From Capsulimonadaceae bacterium (lineage in GTDB: Bacteria; Armatimonadota; Armatimonadia; Armatimonadales; Capsulimonadaceae): a stretch of 64,000 nt of DNA. The notes under the pieces are model-generated. The model had not been told where the DNA came from, did not search any database, and saw nothing but the letters and a program-made list of their open reading frames with translations. The stretch lies in assembly GCA_965215505.1 (NCBI GenBank), contig OZ244065.1, positions 4,768,001 to 4,832,000 on the forward strand, given 5' to 3'. Of this stretch, positions 54,149 through 64,000 are shown one piece after another; the stretch's first letter is position 1; each line of letters starts with the position of its first letter. A program made the translations under genes and the position numbers.

Positions 54149-55111
54149 ATGAAGCGCAAGCCGTATGAACTCGCCCTCTGGGTGGCCCTGCCGATGGCCC
54201 ACACGCCCCGCATCGAAGGAAGGCTACGAATGATCCTCGACGCTGGCCGCCCGCGCCGGACACTGACGCGGCGCGCTCTGCTCGTGTCGCTGGCCGCCGC
54301 GCTCGGGTGCGGAGTGCTGGCCACTTTGGAGCCTGGGAGGCGGGCGCAGGCGGCAGGCACCCCAACCCCGTGGAAGCAGACACTGGCGAACGGGATGACC
54401 GTCGAAGTTCTGGGCGTCTCAGACGCGCCGACGCGACAGCGGGGCGGCTGGTGGAGGCCGGACGGGTCGCCGCTGGCGGGGGCACCATTCGGACGGTATC
54501 TGGAGTCTCCAATCACGGGGCAGGACCGACGGGCTTTCGCCATGCGTGTCCTGCCGTCCCCAAGCGGCCCGCAGTGGGGCTTTCCCATTTATGAGGTCGC
54601 AGGGGCTGCTCTGGTGCGGACCAGTTCCTGGGTGATGATGTCCGATTCGACAAGGATGGTGGGCCTTGATATCGTTTCGGCGGGCGCCGACGCACTGCCG
54701 TCGCCAGGCACACTGCGCTGCGGTGTCGCGGCGGGGACGTGGGAGACGCTGAAATCCGCCAACGTCTCCATCCTCCCGGCGGGGGGCGGGTTCACCTTCC
54801 ATGGACACGCCGGCAGTGTTGTCTTCTCACGTCTGAGTCAGACGCGCGGGAGTGCCATGGTGACTATGAGTGACACTTTCCCGAACGGAGAAGGGGTGTC
54901 CCGAGTTGCGGCGCTGGATGCCTCAGGGAAGACTGTCGAAGGCGATTCCGATGGTGGGGCGGAGACCGGGGCGATGCGCCAGACCGTCATCGTCTTCAGG
55001 GGTATGCCATTAAGCCGCATCAAAGAGGTCCGCTTCCAGGCGCTGCCCTATCAGTGGGCGGAGTTCCGGGGGATCGCCCTGAAGCCGGGTGGCAGTGTGG
55101 CACACCGATGA
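54149..55111 (+). CDS. Headless BlaR1-type C-terminal module 1 (junction segment + TM + extracellular domain)
   Basis: AGGAG RBS; ALPMAHTPRIEGRLRMILDAGRPRRTLTRRALL...AQAA; C-terminus resembles that of the M56 protein. Confidence 0.8.
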   Translation: MKRKPYELALWVALPMAHTPRIEGRLRMILDAGRPRRTLTRRALLVSLAAALGCGVLATLEPGRRAQAAGTPTPWKQTLANGMTVEVLGVSDAPTRQRGGWWRPDGSPLAGAPFGRYLESPITGQDRRAFAMRVLPSPSGPQWGFPIYEVAGAALVRTSSWVMMSDSTRMVGLDIVSAGADALPSPGTLRCGVAAGTWETLKSANVSILPAGGGFTFHGHAGSVVFSRLSQTRGSAMVTMSDTFPNGEGVSRVAALDASGKTVEGDSDGGAETGAMRQTVIVFRGMPLSRIKEVRFQALPYQWAEFRGIALKPGGSVAHR

Positions 55112-55143
55112 GAGTCCCATTACACACGAAAGAAAGACTCGAC

Positions 55144-56661
55144 ATGCTCTCGACCGAAACCCGACGCCGCCTGCTCCCGCTCCTCGCGCTCGCCCCGCTG
55201 GCCTGCCTCTCCGGCATGGCCGGCGTGAAGGCGGACCCGGCCCGCCACCCCGCCAAGGAAGACACCTACACCATCACTTCAGTTCTGCGGGTGCTGCCGC
55301 CCGTGGACCCCGCCGCCATGAGCGACGACTTCCAGGACGTGCGCGTTCTGGCCCGAGACAAAGCCTCGGCTACGGTGGAAGTGACCTACTACCCGCTCTA
55401 CCAGCAGCCCGTCGGCGAGGACCCCGACTGGCGCAAGGACGACGCGGGCATGACCGCCTTCCTCCAGCCGACGCCCGCCGAGAACTGGGACGCCGCCATG
55501 CGCCGTGACCTGCTGGCACAGCTCAAGCAGGACGGCATTGACCCGGACGCCCTAACCGACAAGGCCCTCGTCGAGCGGGTCTCCCGCTGGGCCATGCACC
55601 GGGCACATGAGGCGAGCGCCTTCACGGTTTGGGACGTCTATTACCCGGACGGCAAGCCTACCGTTTTCCCCGCCCTGCGCGCGGCCTTCGACCAGCAGAA
55701 GCCCGCCCCGACCTGGACCGACCAGCAGATGTTCGACCAGGAGGCCCTGGGCAAATCCATGTTTTACAACAAGGTCCACGGCTCCTGCACGTCGTCCTCG
55801 ATCTATTTGACCACCATCTTCCGCGCCCTGGGCATCCCCACCCGCACCGTCCTGTGCATCCCGCCGTTCGACCCGAACGACGGCGCGCAGGCGTCCAAAT
55901 TCTACGCGGCCGTCCACGACAACGCCGTGCGCGAAACCGTCCGCGCCGCCCTGGACGGAATGGGAGGCTTCGCCAACCACCTGTTCAACGAGGTCTACGT
56001 CGGCCACCACTGGGTGCGCCTCAACTACGACCGGCTGGGCCAGCCGATCTTGGACCCCGACTATTTCGGCCTGCTGACGCACATCGCGACGAGCGCCGAC
56101 CTGAGCAAGACGCCGCTGGCGCAGACCTGGGGGCTGCGTTATGCTGAGGACGCGCCGGACCAGCCCAAGCTCTCCTCGGTCAACCCGTACATGCTGCTCT
56201 CCGTCAGCGACCACTTCGGCGCGAACGCCCACCTGGACAATCCCGCCGTCCCCATCGCCGAGCTACGGACGGCCACGATCACCGGGCTGCTGCCGAAAAC
56301 CTCGCCTGCCCTGCCCAAGTGGGTCGCAGACGACACCCCCAAAGACAGCGCGTTCGACTTCTTCATCGTCTACAAGGAATGGGTGCCCGGCTCCTACATG
56401 CAGATGCGCGCGTTCGGCAAGCGGGCCGCTCACGATTTCTTACTGACCGCGCCGGGCCGGCGGGATGTCAAGGTGCGGCTGAACGGCACGATGGACAGCG
56501 ATGGTGCCGGCACCTTCCAAGCTTTCGGGGCGCGCATCATGCCCGAAGACAAGGCGAAACTCGTTCCCGGCGTCGCCTACACGCTCACGCCGCAGAACAC
56601 CAGCGACACCTACCGCTGGGCCGTCACGCCCGGCGTGACTCTGACACTGCCCGCCAAATAG
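55144..56661 (+). CDS. Secreted transglutaminase-like protein
   Basis: GSCTSSS...FRALGIPTR and NHLFNEVYVG..WV motifs; TRRRLL signal-like N-terminus. Confidence 0.78.
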   Translation: MLSTETRRRLLPLLALAPLACLSGMAGVKADPARHPAKEDTYTITSVLRVLPPVDPAAMSDDFQDVRVLARDKASATVEVTYYPLYQQPVGEDPDWRKDDAGMTAFLQPTPAENWDAAMRRDLLAQLKQDGIDPDALTDKALVERVSRWAMHRAHEASAFTVWDVYYPDGKPTVFPALRAAFDQQKPAPTWTDQQMFDQEALGKSMFYNKVHGSCTSSSIYLTTIFRALGIPTRTVLCIPPFDPNDGAQASKFYAAVHDNAVRETVRAALDGMGGFANHLFNEVYVGHHWVRLNYDRLGQPILDPDYFGLLTHIATSADLSKTPLAQTWGLRYAEDAPDQPKLSSVNPYMLLSVSDHFGANAHLDNPAVPIAELRTATITGLLPKTSPALPKWVADDTPKDSAFDFFIVYKEWVPGSYMQMRAFGKRAAHDFLLTAPGRRDVKVRLNGTMDSDGAGTFQAFGARIMPEDKAKLVPGVAYTLTPQNTSDTYRWAVTPGVTLTLPAK

Positions 56662-56688
56662 CCGGAGCCGGGCACGGAAAGGCCGACC

Positions 56689-57972
56689 ATGACACACAAA
56701 CTGACGCCTTTGGACCTCGCGCTGTGGGCCGCCCTGCCGATGGCCCACACTTCGCGCATCGAAGGGAGGCTCCAAATGATCCTGGACCGCACCCGCCCGC
56801 GACGCGCCTTGACGCGCCGGTTCCTGCTGACTGCGCTCGGCCTCGGGGCCGCCGCCCTCGTCCCGCTGGCGATGCTGCGGCCCGCCGCACGGGCGCAGGC
56901 CGCTGACACGCCGCTTAAGCATCACATGACCAGGGCCACGACGCGGGTGTCGGCGGTCAGTGCCGTCCCCGGCGAGTTCGACGCCATGCAGCTTGTCGCC
57001 GAGGGGCGGTCACTCACGCCCCGCGCGGCGGCGGATTTGGAGCGGGCACTGACGCTGCACCCGGACGATTACGCCGCCCACATCCGGCTCCTCGGCTATT
57101 ACGGGAGGCAGCAGTACGAGCCAGGTTTCGGGAGAGCGGCTTACCAAAGGCAGGTGTTCTGGTTCATCCAGAACCACCCGGAGTCGGTGCTGGCGGGGAC
57201 GCCCAACATGGGGCTGACCAGGAGCATCGACGCGGCTGCCTTTGAAGAGGGGAAGACGCTCTGGCTGGCGCAGATTTCCAAACAGCCGACCAACACCGCC
57301 CTCCTCGGCAAAGCCGCCGACTACTGCCTGCTCTCCGATAACCAAGCGGCGGAACGGCTGCTGCGGCAGGCGGAAGCCCTGGAACCGAAAGACGCGCAAT
57401 GGCCCGACAAGCTGGGCCACCTCTATCACTTGCAGGGAGAGGCGCGAACCGCATCCGCCGGTGACAGCCGCCTCTGGGCACAGAAAGCACTCGCCGAGTT
57501 CGAAGCCGCCGCCGAGGTCTCGACGAACAAAACGCTCCAGCACAGCACATCAGCCGATCTCGCGGTGACGGCCTTCGACGCGGGCGACTATGACAAGGCC
57601 CACCGCTACGCCGCCGACTTGTTGCTGCGCGGCCAGAACAAAGAAGGTCAGAGCCTTGACCCGAGCGACGATCTGCATCACGCCAACCTGATCCTGGGCC
57701 TTCTGGCCCTGCGCGACGGTGACACCGCCGGGGCGGAAGCGCATTTGCTGGCGATGGGCCGCGTCTCCGGCTCGCCGGTTCTAGGCTCGTTCGGCCCCAA
57801 CATGCGGCTCGCCCAGGAGTTGCTGAAAGCGGGGAGACGCGAGGCCGTGCTGGCCTACTTCGATGAGTGCGCTAAATTCTGGGCGTTCGACCGTGGGGCG
57901 AAGCTGAAGCAATGGAAATCGCAAGTCAAGAAGGGCGAAGTGCCTGACTTCGGCGGCAACCTCGTCTACTGA
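56689..57972 (+). CDS. Headless BlaR1-type C-terminal module 2 with TPR-like helical extracellular domain
   Basis: ALPMAHTSRIEGRLQMILDRTRPRRALTRRFLL...AQAA; helical repeats; SFGPNMRLA...PDFGGNL end. Confidence 0.8.
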   Translation: MTHKLTPLDLALWAALPMAHTSRIEGRLQMILDRTRPRRALTRRFLLTALGLGAAALVPLAMLRPAARAQAADTPLKHHMTRATTRVSAVSAVPGEFDAMQLVAEGRSLTPRAAADLERALTLHPDDYAAHIRLLGYYGRQQYEPGFGRAAYQRQVFWFIQNHPESVLAGTPNMGLTRSIDAAAFEEGKTLWLAQISKQPTNTALLGKAADYCLLSDNQAAERLLRQAEALEPKDAQWPDKLGHLYHLQGEARTASAGDSRLWAQKALAEFEAAAEVSTNKTLQHSTSADLAVTAFDAGDYDKAHRYAADLLLRGQNKEGQSLDPSDDLHHANLILGLLALRDGDTAGAEAHLLAMGRVSGSPVLGSFGPNMRLAQELLKAGRREAVLAYFDECAKFWAFDRGAKLKQWKSQVKKGEVPDFGGNLVY

Positions 57973-58032
57973 CCTCTGGAGACGGAGGTAGAAAAAGAGC
58001 GAGGCCACCGCTGGCCCCGCCCTTTCTCGTCG

Positions 58033-58305
58033 CTAATTCGCGGGTACGAAAAGCACCATCAGATGCTCCCGCTCCTTGATCTCGTCTTCTATGTCGGTGA
58101 GTAGATCGTAATACTCATAGGCGCGCATCTTCCCGGCTTGCAGCCGGATGGGGATGTACCACCAGCCTTCTTCCAAATGTAGCGCCTCCTCAAGAATTTC
58201 CGGCGCGGTTTCGCCGATGGGGTTGTGTTCCAGGTAAGGGCGGACACGCCCCACGATTTCCTGCGCGACGTTTTCCAGATCGTTCCCCGTGGTCATTGTT
58301 GCCAT
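58033..58305 (-). CDS. Small acidic hypothetical protein coupled to the HEPN gene
   Basis: Starts 1 nt after the HEPN stop; GGGAGG RBS. Confidence 0.7.
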   Translation of the reverse strand: MATMTTGNDLENVAQEIVGRVRPYLEHNPIGETAPEILEEALHLEEGWWYIPIRLQAGKMRAYEYYDLLTDIEDEIKEREHLMVLFVPAN

Positions 58306-58306
58306 G

Positions 58307-58720
58307 TCAGATCTCCTCCCCGCGCTCCACTCCTAATAGCTGTAGGACTCGGCCCAAGTCACGCGCCGATCTCTTGGCTGCTGCCAGATCCACAATGGCT
58401 GTTGCGACATAGTCCGCTTCGGCACGCCCCCGGTATAACCGCCGCAACGCCTTGTTGATCTCAAAACGTGATACCAGTGAGAGCGTCGTCAAGTTGTTGA
58501 GGACGTAGCCGGGCAATCCGGCGTGTCCAGGATTGTTGCCGCCGTACCCAAGTGTGATCCCCTGCCGGACGAGCGCCGACGTGATGGCTGAGTACGCCGC
58601 GTAGTAGGCCCGGCTCACACTGCTCCGGTAGCATTCCACTTCCAGCAGGCGCTGGGCCGCTTTGCGGCTGTCCCGGCTGATCGCCCGCCACCGCGCCGCC
58701 TCTTCTTCCCGTGTCGGCAT
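58307..58720 (-). CDS. HEPN domain protein
   Basis: SVSRAYYAAY...H...LYRGRAEADY. Confidence 0.85.
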   Translation of the reverse strand: MPTREEEAARWRAISRDSRKAAQRLLEVECYRSSVSRAYYAAYSAITSALVRQGITLGYGGNNPGHAGLPGYVLNNLTTLSLVSRFEINKALRRLYRGRAEADYVATAIVDLAAAKRSARDLGRVLQLLGVERGEEI

Positions 58721-58768
58721 CCGCGTCCTCCTTAACTTCTTGGGTCCTCCTCGAACACCGCCATTGTA

Positions 58769-59779
<1,011 letters not shown>

Positions 59780-59786
59780 GATGCGT

Positions 59787-60545
59787 TTATTGTACCCGGC
59801 GGGACGGGTTCCTGGGCTTCTTGCCCAGGCGCGCGGTTTCGTCGGCCAGCAGCACGGCGGGGCGACGCGCCCGGAGCGGTGTCTGGCGCTCCGTCTCGCG
59901 CCTCACCCCCGCTTGCGCGGCTTCTTCCAATGCCGCAAGCCTTGCCAACTCATCCTGATAGCACTCCTCAAGGCGGCTTATGTCCCGGTACTCAGGCTCT
60001 CGGCGGAGCGCTTGGAAATGACCCTCCAGGCACCCGTGTTCGCGACACTCCTCCGCCAGCCAGCGGCCCTGCTCGAAGAGGTAGACGTGGTGCCGTCTGG
60101 CCCTATAGACAGTGTCGCCGTCCTCATCGAGCCGCGCCCGCTGCTCCCGAAGGGTGTGGGCCAGGGTGGAGTGCCGCGCCGCCATGCCGCCGACCATCTG
60201 CCGCACCGACTGGTCGATTCCAAGGGCCGCGTTGCATACGGAGTGGTCGGGCAGCGCCTCCGCGTCATGGCCGATGACCAGGTAGGTGGTGTCCCTATAG
60301 ACTATCAGGTCGCCGACGGCTGCTCCATGAAAAGCGTGGGCGAAAGGGGCGTCTTCGTACACGGTCAGCACCGCCTGGCCTTGTACCGTGAAGTCTTCGC
60401 CGCCCCGCCCGTCTACGATGCCGAAGACCTCCAGGCCACCTTCCGAGAACAGCACCAGTAGCGCGCGCAAGGTAGGCGGCGGGTGAGGGTGTGAGTGATG
60501 TGTCAGCTCCTCCTGAGCTTCCTGCCGGCTAAAACCTCGTGTCAT
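59787..60545 (-). CDS. Hypothetical protein
   Basis: AAAGGAG RBS before ATG 60545; fills the gap between glgP and the ABC ATPase. Confidence 0.65.
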   Translation of the reverse strand: MTRGFSRQEAQEELTHHSHPHPPPTLRALLVLFSEGGLEVFGIVDGRGGEDFTVQGQAVLTVYEDAPFAHAFHGAAVGDLIVYRDTTYLVIGHDAEALPDHSVCNAALGIDQSVRQMVGGMAARHSTLAHTLREQRARLDEDGDTVYRARRHHVYLFEQGRWLAEECREHGCLEGHFQALRREPEYRDISRLEECYQDELARLAALEEAAQAGVRRETERQTPLRARRPAVLLADETARLGKKPRNPSRRVQ

Positions 60546-60565
60546 AGCGCTCCTTTCGGGTGTTT

Positions 60566-63013
<2,448 letters not shown>

Positions 63014-63028
63014 AGGTAAAAGCTCTTT

Positions 63029-63364
63029 CTATTTCGTACTTGCTGCGGCCCCTGCCCCTGCTGAGTTCGTCGGGGGTGGGGGCCAGATGTCGTCGTTGGA
63101 AGTAAAGGAGCGGAGGCCGCGCTGCCGCAGGAGTGTCTGTAGCCTCTTCTTGCGCCAATGGTTGTGCCGCCAGGAGGGGATGCAGAGGCCCAAAGTGAGT
63201 CCGATGAGTACGCCGAAAACAGCCCCAATCAGCATCCCCCAATCGTTATCGGCGTGGTTCTGCGGCGTCCCTATGAGGCCCATAGCAGAGCCGCACAAGG
63301 CCCCGACGATGAGGCCGCAGAGGGTGCCTAGAACGGCCCACAAAATTATGCGGATGGTTTCCAT
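63029..63364 (-). CDS. Small two-TM membrane protein with IWPPPP motif
   Basis: Gly-rich TM helices; DDIWPPPP near the C-terminus. Confidence 0.65.
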   Translation of the reverse strand: METIRIILWAVLGTLCGLIVGALCGSAMGLIGTPQNHADNDWGMLIGAVFGVLIGLTLGLCIPSWRHNHWRKKRLQTLLRQRGLRSFTSNDDIWPPPPTNSAGAGAAASTK

Positions 63365-63385
63365 TCTTATCTCGCCAATGGGGAG

Positions 63386-63571
63386 GCCACGGGTTGAAAC
63401 CCGAGGCTGCCAATTGCCCAGCGTCCAGGGGACGCAAGAGAGAAGACATAGGACCGTAGAACATGGCCGCGTAGGGGCGGGGTCCCCCCGCCCTCCTGTT
63501 CTTGTCTCAGGTTATTGTCTTACGTCGCTTCGACGGTGGGCACTTCTCAGCCTCGGGTTTCAACCCGTGGC
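63386..63571. repeat. REPIN-like element: perfect 24-bp terminal inverted repeats with a nested GTAG REP
   Basis: GCCACGGGTTGAAACCCGAGGCTG (63386-63409) / CAGCCTCGGGTTTCAACCCGTGGC (63548-63571). Confidence 0.8.
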
Positions 63572-63573
63572 TC

Positions 63574-63756
63574 CTACTCGGGCAGTTCGCTGATCTCTAG
63601 AACCCCCAACTGCCGTTGCTGTTTAATCTCTTCCCCATCCACAGGACTTAAGGCGTCCATCTGGAAGCTGTAGACAAGATAATCAAACTTCCCGTCATCG
63701 TATGACTGCTTGAAGAGGCGAAGGTCGTCGGCAGGCCAATCATCAAATTGCGACAT
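63574..63756 (-). CDS. Small hypothetical protein, lower GC
   Basis: MSQFDDWPADD...; start uncertain. Confidence 0.35.
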   Translation of the reverse strand: MSQFDDWPADDLRLFKQSYDDGKFDYLVYSFQMDALSPVDGEEIKQQRQLGVLEISELPE

Positions 63757-63805
63757 CCTACCGGCTTTCGTGTAAAAGAATGGCAGGGGTTTCTTGTCCC
63801 ATCCC

Positions 63806-64000
63806 TTAATCCGCATCTTGTGTAAGACGCCACTCTTGTTTCAGTTGCGCGGCTTGAACCAGATCTGAAAAGGCTTCTTCTATTGTGGCTCGGTCGAGCC
63901 GCATGACTAGCAGATCGGGGCCAATCAGGTAGCGACCACCCAAGTTTTCCCCAGTATGATAGTTCTCCCAATGCGTCCGTTCCAAACACTTGAAGGTCCA
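63806..64000 (-). CDS. Hypothetical protein, 3' end only (enters from the window edge)
   Basis: Open frame WTFKCLERTHWENYHTGENLGGRYLIGPDLLV...TQDAD* to TAA at 63806-63808. Confidence 0.5.
   Translation of the reverse strand, partial: WTFKCLERTHWENYHTGENLGGRYLIGPDLLVMRLDRATIEEAFSDLVQAAQLKQEWRLTQDAD

Overview
High-GC bacterial chromosomal window; the lineage cannot be determined from sequence alone. Housekeeping and metabolic content: larB/larE, a zinc alcohol dehydrogenase, a Tat-signal oxalate decarboxylase and aldo/keto reductase, an endonuclease III-family protein, tatC, a sulfur-relay cysteine cluster (cysM, JAMM/Mec, a CysO/MoaD-MoeZ fusion, NIL protein, rhodanese, Rrf2), a type I-like restriction-modification locus, a ~17.5-kb glycoside hydrolase cluster with galT, a BlaI/BlaR1 operon, a HEPN pair, an oligopeptide ABC ATPase and glgP. 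The main accessory element is a lower-GC integron cassette array with 10 related attC sites (~6.85-11.77 kb, minus strand) and no integrase in the window (CALIN). One cassette encodes no protein but carries a 123-nt tRNA-shaped RNA with intact acceptor, D and T arms, whose anticodon loop is replaced by a 54-nt branched structure. A second candidate novel system is the BlaR1 operon, where two downstream genes encode headless BlaR1 C-terminal modules with alternative extracellular domains. Also notable: a DUF559 nuclease bracketed by long inverted-repeat doublets inside the R-M locus, a scar suggesting specificity-domain replacement in hsdM-S, and many short tandem duplications.
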